Shown in pieces: positions 13,250-26,500 of a DNA stretch of 64,000 nucleotides. The notes under the pieces were generated by a model. The model searched no databases. It worked only from the letters and a program-made list of their open reading frames with translations, and was not told the DNA's origin. The DNA is taken from assembly GCA_002269645.1 (NCBI GenBank), contig NIVC01001764.1, forward strand, positions 1 through 64,000, in the 5' to 3' direction. Positions within the stretch are counted from its first letter, which is position 1. Every line of letters starts with the position of its first letter. The DNA comes from Macrostomum lignano (lineage: Eukaryota). A program made the translations under genes and the position numbers.

Positions 13250-14200
13250 TCCAAGAAGTATCCCTGTCCATTTCCAAGAAAAAACTGCTCCTGTCCATTT
13301 CTAAGAAAGAACTACCTCTGTTCATTTCTAAGAAAGAACTACCCCTGTCCATTTCTAAGAAAGAACTACCCTTTCCATTTCCAAGAAAGAACTACCCCTT
13401 CCATTTCTAAGAAAGAACTACCTCTGTCCATTTCTAAGAAAGAACTACCCCTGTCCATTTCCAAGAAAGAACTACCCCTGTCCATTTCTAAGAAAGAACT
13501 ACCCTTTCCATTTCCAAGAAAGAACTACCCCTGTCCATTTCCAAGAAAGAACTACCCTGTCCATTTCTAAGAAATAACTACCCTTTCCATTTCCAAGAAA
13601 GAACTACCCCTGTCCATTTCTAAGAAATAACTACCCCTGTCCATTTCTAAGAAATAAATACCCTTTCCATTTCCAAGAAAGAACTACCCCTGTCCATTTC
13701 TAAGAAAGAACTACCCCTGTCCATTTCTAAGAAATAACTACCATTTCCATTTCCAAGAAAGAACTACCCCTGTTCATTTCTAAGAAAGAACTACCCCTGT
13801 CCATTTCTAAGAAATAACTACCTCTGTCCATTTCTAAGAAATAACTACCATTTCCATTTCCAAGAAAGAACTACCCCTGTCCATTTCCAAGAAATAACTA
13901 CCCTTTCCATTTCCAAGAAAGAACTACCCCTGTCCATTTCTAAGAAAGAACTACCCCTGTCCATTTCTAAGAAAAAAATACCTCTGTCCATTTCTAAGAA
14001 ATAACTACCATTTCCATTTCCAAGAAAGAACTACCCCTGTCCATTTCCAAGAAATAACTACCCCTGTCCATTTCCAAGAAAGAACTACCCCTGTCCATTT
14101 CTAAGAAAGAACTACCCTTTCCATTTCCAAGAAATAACTACCCCTTTCCATTTCCAAGAAAGAACTACCCCTGTCCATTTCTAGGAAAGAACTGTCCCTG
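13250..14200. repeat. 27-bp intergenic minisatellite (CCATTTCTAAGAAAGAACTACCCCTGT)
   Basis: About 35 tandem copies. Confidence 0.95.
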
Positions 14201-14689
14201 AAAGTTTTTTGAGAAAGAACTGCCCTGTCCATTTTAGTATATAGGACTGTCCCTGACAGTTTCCAATAAAGAAGAACTGTCCTTAACCCTTTTCAAGGAA
14301 AATTTTCAAGAATCAAACTCCCTGACTTTATAAACAATGAATCATGCCTTGAAATTTTTTAAGCGTCGTCATTGACTTTTATAACACTCCCTTCTGTTAT
14401 TTATTTCTCATATACGAAACTATTTTGTGGTTACACTGTTATCATTCGTAATGCGTTTTGTTATTTGTAGATTAATAGAATTAGTAACTTTATTACAAGT
14501 GTGACTCGCTTTTTGATAGCCGATCTGTATATCTTCCATAGCATTCTGATGAAGCTGAATAAATTGTTAATTTGAAGTCAAGTACTTCAGTTCAGTTCTT
14601 TTACAGTTTCTTTGTTTCTTTATTTGGGATGTTTTTTATGTATTATGCAGAGAGACTTTGTGGTAAACGCTTCTAACCTTCATCCCCCA

Positions 14690-14830
14690 GATAGCAAGCA
14701 TCCCCAGATAGCAAGCAACCCCCAGATAGCAAGCAACCTAAACAGCAAGCACCCCCCAGATAGCAAGCAACCTAAACAGCAAGCACCCCCCCAGATAGCA
14801 AAGACCCCTCAAAATACAATAGCAAGGTCG
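14690..14830. repeat. Short degenerate repeat (CCCCAGATAGCAAGCA)
   Basis: Several imperfect copies upstream of HECTD1. Confidence 0.7.
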
Positions 14831-15055
14831 CCCACAGCCTTATAGCCAGATTATTATTATCGTATTGTATTTCGACAATACCCTTTCGAATTTCTGACAT
14901 TCTTCTCAGTTTGATTTGAATTTGTTTATTTTAAAGAACTTCAAATAAAACTCTACTCAAATAACTAATCGAAGAAGACACAAAACTATCGCTAGCTCAG
15001 ATTTAGCTGTGAGCAGCAGCAGATCAGCAAATCAGAAGCAACTGCAGAAGAGAAA

Positions 15056-18000
15056 ATGGATCGAATTGATCCGGACACATTGCTGGACTGGCTCAGCTCG
15101 GGCCACGGCTGCGACCTCGACAATCGCCTGATGCAGCGCGACGCTCTTGAACGACTGTGCGAAGTGCTACTGTTCTCCGACAATGTCGATCGCTGCTTTG
15201 AAATGTGGTCGCCAAGAGTGTTCTTGCCGGCACTTTGCCGCATCTTTCTTGACGAAAGCGCTCCGGAAGAGATCCTGGAGATTGCCGCTCGAGCCATCAC
15301 CTATTTCTTAGACGTGTCGCATGATTGCTCAAGGCGTATAGTTCAGGTCGATGGCGCTGTGAAAGCTATCTGCACTCGACTATTGGTTGCTGACATGTCT
15401 GACTATTGCAGCAAGGAGCTGGCTCAGCAGTGCATTAAAATCATCGAGGGCATCTGTCAGAGAGAGCACGCCGCGGTGTACGAAGCTGGCGGATTGCAAT
15501 GCCTGCTAGCCTTTGTGAAAGCTCACGGTGCCCAGTGCCATCTGGACGTTACTCACTCGGCAATGAACGCTGCTACGAGACTGTGCACCAGAGTTGAACC
15601 GTCTGATGATAGCCTGCCTACCAGTGTGGACTGTCTGCAGTACCTGCTGGAGCATCAGGACTCCGGCGTTGTTGACATCACATTGCGCTGCTTGGCCACT
15701 CTAGTTGACCGGTTTGCTAAACGTCACGCAGATCCGGCGCCCCTCGCTCCAGAAGGTGTCCTGTCGATGCTGCTAAAACAGCTTCGTCGCCGATCTGAAC
15801 GTAACTTCACCGCAGTCACCGCCGTGTTGACTTCGCTGTGCAAAGCTTCGCCAGAAGTGGCCCAGGCTCTGCTACTCCGTCAGGATTTGGACTTGCCAGA
15901 CGCGCTGATTGAAGCTTTGAAACTGTCGGCTTCTTCTGGCGGAGAAGATCGGATCGCTTTGGAATCGTTGCGTTTGTCCGAGTTGCTTATGACTCTGGTG
16001 TTTGAGGGTCGGCCAGCTCTGGTCCAGCTGTCTGGCAGTAGCGTTGTAGCCGCTGCACTCGGTGGCTTGCGTGGCGCTTCCGGTGGTGGCGCCGGCGGCG
16101 GCGCAAGCGGAAGCGCCGAACGACCGCATCGTCAGCTGATCGATGCAATTCGCAGCAAAGACACTGAGACGGTTGTTGACGCTATCGAATCTGGCGCATT
16201 CGATGTCAACTATATGGACGATGTTGGTCAGACATTGTTAAACTGGGCTGCAGCTTTCGGTACTAAAGAGATGGTGAAGTTTCTCTGCTCCAGAGGCGCC
16301 GATGTCAACTTTGGCAAACGGTCCAGCTCGTTGCACTACGCAGCCTGTTTTGGTCGGCCGGAAATTGTCAAACTATTGCTCAAATACGGAGCCGATCCAA
16401 CTCTGAAAGATGAAGAGAACAAGCTGCCGATTGACAAAGCTAGAGAGCGTCAGGATGCCGGTCACCGTGAGGTTATTAGCATTCTCACCTCGCCTAGAGA
16501 GTACATGTCTCCAGCTGGCTCTACCGCTGCCGCCGCAGCTGCCGCTGAAAACGCCGCAGTCGGCGATCCTGATGACTCAGAAGATGCGCCTTCATCTGCT
16601 AACGCTTCGAATGGCACCGCCGGATATCCGGAATGCCGACCGGCTTTCATGCACCGATTCGCTCCGGCCCTGCTAGGCCTCTACTGGGACAGCATGGCCC
16701 CGTCTATACGCAGGTGTGCAATTCACCTGCTGTTGAAGCTGCTGTCTTACGCTGATGCAGATTTCCTTGCCAGTTTAGGCGGCAGCGAGTTGGCTAGCGG
16801 CCTAGTTCAACTAGTTGCTCACGCTCTGCAAGATGAACAATCCGATATTGGTCAGAGAAATGCCGCATTGAGAATTGCTGAGCAATTGTTAGATAAAGCT
16901 AAATCTGCGTTTGGTGAACAGTTCTTCCGGCTGGGTGCCATTGCTCAGATTCGGGCTATGCACGAGGCGCATCTGCGAGAGAAGGCTAGGGAGAAAAGGG
17001 CAGCTAAAGAGCAAGCTAAGGAGCAGTTGAAGCAGGCGCAATCTGCTAGCGCTGGCAGTAATAGTACCGAGTCATCTAAAACTGCTGCAGTCACACCTGC
17101 TGTTTCTACCAGCCCAGTTGGTGAGTTAACTTGCTGACATATGCAGTATTTACTCTGTATCAAATGTGCGAATAACCCAATGATTCATTCTGTCCTTAAT
17201 GTGCACTACCTGTTATTTCCATCCCCAATGTCAATTGCCAACTCACCCCCACGATTCTTTCTATCCCCCCAATGTACACCACCAATTCACCCCCTCAATT
17301 AATTCTGCCCCCAATGTACACCGCTAGCTCACTCCCCGATTCTTTCTGCCCCAATGTACACCGCCAACTCACCACTCTCGATTATTTCTAGCCCCAATGT
17401 ACACTGTCAACTGACCCCCTCCCGATTCTTTCTACCCCAATGTACACCGCCAACTCACCCCCTCCCAATTCTTTCTACCCCAATGTACACTGTCAAATGA
17501 CCCCCTCCCGATTCTTTCTACCCCAATGTACACCGCCAACTCACCCCTCCCGATTCTTTCTACCCCCAATGTACACTGCCAACTCACCCCTCCCGATTCT
17601 TTCTGCCCCAATGTACACCGCCAACTCACCCCTCCCGACTCTATCTACCCCTAATTTACACCTCCAACTCACCCCTCAGATTATTTCTGCCCCCAATGTA
17701 CACTGCGAACCCATTAATTGCACACACGCACAAACCCTTACTCCCTACAGCCCAGCAAGAGCTTGAACAGCACCGTCTGTACCAATGGTTCGACTGGAGC
17801 CTGGCTCGAACCCGGGAGAGCCTATTCCTATTCGGCAGGCACTGCGCCATCGAGCTGCCCAACATGAGCAATGGCTGGTTCAAATACCAGCTGGACTCTC
17901 GCGTGTGCACCATGTACAGCAGCGGCAGCGCCGAGTCGGAGTCGCCTCAGCGCTCGCAACACCAGCGCGAGACCGCCATGCAGCAGCAGGACGATTTCAG

Positions 18001-18237
18001 CCGCCGCCTGCAGTCGGTGAAGGCCCTGGCGCTGCGGCATCATCGAAGCGGCTCGCAGAAACTCGCCGAATTTCAGGCCGAAGTTGGCAAATGGCAGCTG
18101 ACCGCCAGCGGCTCGGAGCTGCGCGTCTGCAATCGGGACGGCGGGACCCAGACTACCGTGCTCAGGCCCGGCCTGGCCGGCTTCGAGTTCGAGACCTCCA
18201 GGAAGACGCACCTTAAGTAAGCTGACTGCCTGTCTGA

Positions 18238-18271
<34 letters not shown>

Positions 18272-18370
18272 GTGTCTGTCTGTCTGTCTGTCTGACTGCC
18301 TGTCTCTGTCTGTCTGTCTGTCTGTCTATCTGTGTCTGTCTGTCTGTCTGTCTGTCTCTCTGTCTGTCTC

Positions 18371-18413
<43 letters not shown>

Positions 18414-18418
18414 TTCTG

Positions 18419-18479
<61 letters not shown>

Positions 18480-18488
18480 GCGTGTCTT

Positions 18489-18527
<39 letters not shown>

Positions 18528-18642
18528 GCGTGTCTTTCTGTCTGTCTGTCTGCCTGTCTGTCTGTCTGTCTGTCTGTCTATCTGCGTGTCTTTCTGTCTG
18601 TCTGTCTGCCTGTCTGTCTGTCTGTCTGTCTGTCTATCTGCG

Positions 18643-18695
<53 letters not shown>

Positions 18696-18704
18696 GTGTG
18701 TCTT

Positions 18705-18770
<66 letters not shown>

Positions 18771-20517
18771 CTACTTAAATGGGTTCATTAATATTTGCCT
18801 TTGTTGCTGTAGGTATTGGGTATCATTTTCAATAAAATCCAATATACTAAGGATACAAAAAATTCGTACGAAATTATCTAATTAAAAACCTCCGTATGAG
18901 ATTACAGATAAAGCATTTACAGAAACCACCCTCACTAATGTTTTTCCACAACCCCCTCCTACCCCAGGTACGTGAGTGAGCATCAGTCCCAGTCTTCCCA
19001 GCAGCAGCAGCCCAGTCAGCACCAGCCGAACTGCAACTCGCTAGCCAGCGCCCTGTTCCTTCGCCACCTGCAAGATGTCGACGCGGCCCAGACGGGCGTC
19101 TGCGACAAGCTTCGCGCTGTTGGCCGAGCCTTGGCCGCTACGCCCAACCAGCCGCACCAGCTGGCAGCGGGTGAGCCACCCAGCACAGGCAGCAGCGGTG
19201 TAATAAACGAATCAGGTGTAGTAGAATTGGTCCAACTATTTGACCATGAGGCCACTGTGTCGGCTTACGAATTGCACACGTCTGGTTTGTTGCCAGCCCT
19301 GCTGATGTATCTGCATAGCGAGGACAGGCAGGTGGCTGCTAATCGGCAGGCTCATTTTCTGAAGCAGTTCTCGGGTAAACCGGCCGAACTGTTTGTTGCT
19401 AAGCTGGTTGCTGTGCTTCAGTTAGTGGAGCGTCTGCCCCTGCTCTTGCTGGACTCTGCTCCTGTGGCTTCAAATTCGTCTGCTTCTTCTGCAGCTGCAG
19501 CCGCCGCCGCTGCCGCAGCTGCTTCAGCTAGCGGATCCGCAGCTTCGGCTGTTGTTGCTGCTGCTGCCGCCGCTGCTGCAGCCGCTTCCGCTGCATCTTC
19601 CGCTAATTCGTCATCGGGATCCGGTCGACACGGCGGCAGCGCCGATCAGCAGAGCCTGGCCAGTCTAGTTAAGAAGCTTCGATTACAATTGGAATGCGGC
19701 ACTGGCACTGGCCCTGTCACGGCTAAGAATAGCGACGGTTTAGTAGATTTAACAGGCCGACAGCTTAGAGTGGAACCGCTGTGCTCTGTAGGCGAGCTGG
19801 AGCAGTATCTGTTGAAGCGGGTGTGCAAACAATGGCACGATCTTGATAGATCTACGTTTAGAATGTTCCAAGCTTTGTCTGCAGCCCCGGATGGTGCTGT
19901 GCAGCTAACCTATGCCTACGATTTCGATGAGAATGGTCTGTTCTATTGGCTAGGCACCAATGCTGGTAGTCAGCCTAGCTGGGTCAATCCAGTTCAAGCT
20001 GGTGTGGTTGTCATGACAACTTGGAATGGCAAAGATTTGTCCTACGGTAAATTGGAACATTTCCTATCTAGAGATCATGCTCCGTTGAATTGTCACACGG
20101 CTGATGACCGACAGGCTGCGGTACAGATTGATGTTGGAGTTGACCTCCTGCCTAGCGCCTACACCATACGGCATGCCCGCGGGTTCTCACGCTCCGCGCT
20201 GCGCAACTGGGTACTGGAAGCGTCTCACGATGCCACTAATTGGATTGTGATTAGTAAGCACGTCAATGATGAGGGCCTGCGAGACCCCGGATCCACGTGT
20301 ACTTGGCCGATTGAGTTGGCTGATTTAAGATCTGCGACTGCTCACGATTTGGAGACTGATGATGGAGCTGCGGCTGCTGGATGCTCCAGAGGCTGGCGCT
20401 ACTTTCAAATTAGGGTGAGGCGCTGGGGACTCTGGGCGTTCGCTGTTGGTTGATTGACAGGTTAGCAGGTAGACTCTAGGACAGAAGCTGAGACACTAAC
20501 CCGGTAATTAGATAGGC

Positions 20518-20564
<47 letters not shown>

Positions 20565-23500
20565 AAAACGGAAAGACAAACAGACAGACAGCCAGACAGA
20601 CGAACGGAAAGACAGACAGACACTAAGACAGACAGACAGACAGACAAACGGAAAGACAGACAGACACCAAGACAGACAGACAGACAAACGGAATGAAAGA
20701 CAGACAGACAGCCAGACAGACTAACGGAAAGACAGACAGACACTAAGACAGACAGACAGACAGACACTAGGACAGACAGACAGACAGACAGACACTAAGA
20801 CAGACAGATAGACAGACACACAGACAGACAGATTGACAGACAAACGGAAAGAAAGACAGACAGACAGCCAGACAGACGAACGGAAAGACAGACAGACACT
20901 AAGACAGACACACTAAGACAGACAGACAGACAGACAGACACTAAGACAGACAGATAGACAGACACACAGACAGACAGATTGACAGACAAACGGAAAGAAA
21001 GACAGACAGACAGCCAGACAGACGAACGGAAAGACAGACAGACACTAAGACAGACACACTAAGACAGACAGACAGACAGACAAACGGAAAGAAAGACAGA
21101 CAGACGAACGGAAAGGCAGACAGACAGACAAACGGAAAGAAAGACAGACAGACAAACGGAAAGAAAGACAGACAGACAGACGAACGGAAAGACAGACAGA
21201 CAGACGAACGTAAAGACAGACAGACAAACGGAAAGAAAGACAGACAGACAAACGGAAAGAAAGACAGACAGACAAACGGAAAGAAAGACAGACAGACAAA
21301 CGGAAAGAAAGACAGACAGACAGAACAAACGGAAAGAAAGACAGACAGACGAACGGAAAGACAGACAGACAGCCAGACAGACAAACGGAAAGACAGACAG
21401 ACACTAAGACAGACAGGCATACTGACAGAATTTATTTTTTAATAATTTTAATTCTGAGGCGCAGACTGGATGTTAGCAGGGCTAAATTAATGTGTCGACT
21501 TGAAGTATCTTGCTAAATAGTTTAGTTTAAGTTAATATATGTATATTGTAAAAATTGAATGGAATATAGATTTTACCACTATATATAGACAAAAAACGCT
21601 AATATTGCTACTGAAAAAAGCGTAGATGAACAAGATTGATTGACAGCTAAGATAGCTAAATAGTAGCTAGACTGACTCATTGATCAATTCCACCATGCCA
21701 ATCCCAGGTCACCGGCAAGAACGCCAGCAACCAGATGCACGTACTCAGCTGCTCAGGCCTCGAACTCTACGGCCGAGTAACTCGAGCTCACGCTGAAGTT
21801 GGCGCGGCACTTCGAGCTCGGGAGCAGCAGCTGGCTAAGGCTAGGCGTCGAATCCGGGACCACGCGCTGAACCAGCTGGTGCCGGGAGCTCGGGTTGTTC
21901 GCGGCCCCGACTGGTGCTGGGGCTCGCAGGACAGCCTGGGCGAAGGCACCGTCACCAAGGAGCTGACTGGCGGCAAGGTGGCGGTCCGCTGGGACGCCAA
22001 GCCGGACCAGATCAGGGTCTATCGGATGCAGAAGAGAGACAATGTGTACGACCTGACCTTGGCGCCGTCGCATGATGAGCAGCAGGTAGGAATGTTTTTA
22101 CCGTAATAAGGCTAAGATCTTCTGAATCTCATTTAATTTCTTTGTGGTAATAGTTTTAAAAACCGGTCTTCAAATCCTTTAACCAGCCTTCAAATCCCCT
22201 AACCGGCCTTCAAATCCCCTAACCAGCCTTCAAATCCCCTAACCGGCCTTCAAATCCTCTAACCGGCCCTTAAATCCCCTAACCGGCCTTCAAAGCCCCT
22301 AACCGGCCTTCAAATCCTCCTGACAAAACCGGCCTTCAAATCCTCCTGACAAAACCGGCCTTTAAATCCCCTAACCGGCCTTCAAATCCTCCTGACAAAA
22401 CCGGCCTTCAAATCCTCCTGACAAAACCGGCCTTCAAATCCTCCTGACAAAACCGGCCTTCAAATCCTCCTGACAAAACCGGCCTTCAATCATCTGACGA
22501 AACCGGCCTGGCCTTTAAATCCTCTGACAAAACCGGCCTTTAAATCCTCTGACAAACTGGCCTTCAAATCCTCTAGACAAAACCGGCCTTTAAATCCTCT
22601 GACAAAACCGGCCTTCAAATCCCCCCTGAGACCCTAACAAAACCGGCCTTCAAATCCCCCCTGAGACCCTGACAAAACCGGCCTTCAAATCCCCCATTTC
22701 ACAAAACCGGCCTTCAAATCCACCCACTGACAAGACCGGCCTTCAAATCCACCCACTGCCAAGACCGGCCTTCAAATCCACCCACTGACAAGACCGGCCT
22801 TCAAATCCACCCACTGCCAAGACCGGCCTTCAAATCCACCCACTGACAAGACCGGCCTTCAAATCCACCCACTGACAAGACCGGCCTTCAAATCCACCCA
22901 CTGACAAGACCGGCCTTCAAATTCACCCACTGACAAGACCGGCCTTCAAATTCACCCACTGACAAAACCGGCCTTCAAATCCACCCACTCACAAAACCGG
23001 CCTTCAAATCCACCCACTCACAAAACCGGCCTTCAAATCCACCCACTGACAAAACCGGCCTTTAAATCCCACATTGACAAGACCGGCCTTCAAATTCCCC
23101 CACTGACAAAACCGGCCTTCAAATCCTCCACTCCCAGGTCCGCCAATACAACCTGACACAGCGCAAGAGCAACAGCTCCCCAGCTCTGGACTTCAGCGGC
23201 CCCAGCAGCGCCGGAGGCGGCAGCAACAGCGGCAGCTCGGCTGCTTTAAACGAAGCGGAAAAATTTGAAGATGAAGAACGCTGGCTGTCCGAGGTGCTCG
23301 ATCGGGGCGACCTCAGCCTGCTGAAGAACATGGAAGACCTGATGATGCGAGGCTCATCAGCTGGAGCCGGCCGATCTGCTGTGATGGGCGTGGCTGATCA
23401 CCTGACCGCCAGCGATCCCAACCTGGACTCGGATGCCGCAGCTACATCTGCTGGTTCCGCTGCCGCTGGCTCAGCATCCGCCTCAGCTCCATCCTCTGCG

Positions 23501-26500
23501 GCTTCGACAACATCAAGAGCCGGAGCAGCCGCTGCAGCAGCTGCAAACGCTTCATCTCCTGGCGATTTCTCCGACTTCTTCAACAACTTTGCCGCTGCAG
23601 TCCGAAGCTCGATGCGCCGGCACAATCAGCACCAGATGCAGCAGTCAGCTGCCCAGTATCACCACCTGATGCATGGCAGCGGCGCTCGCGGCTCCAACAG
23701 CTCGGCATCCGCTTCAGCAGCTGCCGCAGCCGCCAGTGCCGCGGCGGGGTCTCGAACTCCGGACCTCCGCCGTCAGTACGCCCGGCTGTGGAGCCACGCC
23801 CGTCACCGCGGCGGAGGCGGCGGCGGCAGTGGAGGCGGCGGAGGAGGCGGCGGTCACACCGGAGCTTCCGTCGGCGGAGGCGGCAGCTCGGAGCCGCCGC
23901 CGGACTCAACGCAGAGCTTCCCGAATCTGCCGACAGCATCGGAGACATCGCCGAAGCAGCGGTCTGACTCGCAGCAGCAGCAACAGCAGAGCCAGGCGCC
24001 GAACCCGCTGCCTCAGGTCGGTCGCCGGCAGCGTCGGAAAAGCGGCAGCGGCAGCGGCGGGTCCTCCAGCGCCGCGGCTGCGGTTTCCGGCACGGCCACC
24101 ACCGTGGTGCTGTCGGACAGCGACTCCGACATGATGCAGCTCTGCTCAGCTCACCATCCCGATGACGAGTTTCTTGACTATCACGAGGATGACGCTACGG
24201 CCACCGCTGCCGCAGCTTCAGCTGGCATGGATGTCGATGTAGACTTCCCGCCGCCGGAAGTTGTCGCAGCCATTGTCGGCGGCGGCGGCGGCGGCGGAGG
24301 TCGGCAGCCGTGGGACGACGAGCTGATTGTGAAGCGTCAGTGCCCGGCCCTGCTGCCAGCCTTTGACCCGGTGCCAGGCAGGACCAACGTGAACCAGACT
24401 CAGGACTTCCACATTGGAGATCCCAGCCCAGCCAGTATGGACAAGCTGATGTCGCTAATGCTGCCACAGTCAGCCGCTGAGTCAGACAATGCCCCTAGCA
24501 ACAGTACAAAACTGGTGCTGAGTGTGAAATCTGTTCAGCACACGGATCTCGAGCTGACTATGCAGGACCGGTCAGCTTCCGTGTTCAAGTATATCGTTCA
24601 GGCCATGCTGGAGGCGTCCCTGCGTTCCAGCGCCACTGCCGGGTCGGCGGCTTCTCGCGGCAACGGCGCTGCCATCTCAGACCAGCTCAGGCGAGTCTGG
24701 GACACTTCGTTCACGTTGGCCTATCGAGAGGCTGATGCTGCTGAGGGATCGTTGAGTGACAGTCGGAGCCCTGCTGCTGCTGCTGCTGTCAAAGGCGCTG
24801 AGCGAGATTCCACTGGCAGCGAGGCCCGACTGTTGAGTCGGTCGGCTCCGTCTGATGTCGGCCGATCGCCTGAGGAAATGACCCCGGCTCAGGTAAGCTT
24901 TGTTATTGTTATTGGTGTGTATCTGTATGAGAGGAGATAGATAGGTGAGACTGGAGGTGAGATTAAAGGAGTGAGACTAGATTAGAGGGGTTTGAGATTG
25001 GTAGGGTGGGACTAGATTAGAGGGGTGTGAGATTGGTAGGGTGGGACTAGATTAGAGGGGTGTGAGATTGGTAGGGTGAAACTAGATTAGAGGGGTGTGA
25101 GATTTGAAGGGTTGGGACTAGATTAGAGGGGTGTGAGATTAGTAGGGTGGGACTAGATTAGAGGGGTGTGAGATTGGTAGGGTGGGAGTAGATTAGAGGG
25201 GTGTGAGATTAGTAGGGTGGGACTAGATTAGAGGGGTGTGAGATTGGTAGGGTGGGACTAGATTAGAGGGGTGTGAGATTTGTAGGGTGGGACTAGATTA
25301 GAGGGGTGTGAGATTAGTAGGGTGGGACTAGATTAGAGGGGTGTGAGATTGGTAGGGTGGGACTAGATTAGAGGGGTGTGAGATTTGTAGGGTGGGACTA
25401 GATTAGAGGGGTGTGAGATTTTTAGGGTGGGACTAGATTAGAGGGGTGTGAGATTGGTAGGGTTGGACTAGATTAGAGGGGTGTGAGATTTGTAGGGTTG
25501 GACTAGATTAGAGGGGTGTGAGATTTGTAGGGTTGGACTAGATTAGAGGGGTGTGAGATTTGTAGGGTTGGACTAGATTAGAGGGGTGTGAGATTTGTAG
25601 GGTTGGGACTAGATTAGAGGGGTGTGAGATTGGTAGGGTGCGACTAGATTAGAGGGATATGGAATTGGTAGGGTGAGACTAGATTAGGGGTGAGATTGGT
25701 AGGGTGAGACTAGATTAGAGGGGTGTGAGATTGGTAGGGTGCGACTAGATTAGAGGGATATGGAATTGGTAGGGTGAGACTAGATTAGGGGTGACATTGG
25801 TATGGTGAGACTAGATTAGGGGTGACATTGGTAGGGTGAGACTAGATTAGAGGGGTGTGAGATTTGTAGGGTGGGACTAGATTAGGGGGTGAGATTGATG
25901 GATGCGACTAGATTAAGAAGATGGTGAGATTGGTAGGGTGAAATTAGATTGGAGGGTGTGAGATTGAAGGGGTGAGACTGAATTAGATGGGTAGGCATGA
26001 GATTAGTTGGGTTAAAACTAATTAGAGGGGGTGAAATTAGATTAGAAGGCCTCTGAGACTAGATTAGAGGGGTCTGGGGGATAGTTAGGGTGCGACTGGA
26101 TTGAATGGGTGGACATAAAATTATGAGTGAGAGATTTTGCGTTGTGAGATTAATGGGATGAGATTTAATTAAAGGGGTGTTGCGATAAATAGGGTGAATC
26201 TTTCTCAGGAGTTCAATAATTATTCGGTATATTCGCTTTTGTGGAGTCTTTGTTTACCGATATGTATTTTGCAGAGGAATCCAATGCATTACATAAACTT
26301 CGATACATATCGTTAGCCAATTGCAGAGAAAAGCCAATGCATTACATAAACTTCAATACATATCGTTAGCCAATTGCAGAGAAAAGCCAATGCATTACAT
26401 AAACTTCAATACATATCGTTAGCCAATTGCAGAGAAAAGCCAATGCATTACATAAACTTCGATACATATCGTTAGCCAATTGCAGAGAAAAGCCAATGCA

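Noticed and set aside
24945-26100. G-rich repeat with TTAGGG-like words (interstitial telomere?)
   Set aside because: The unit is a 35-mer; there is no (TTAGGG)n run.
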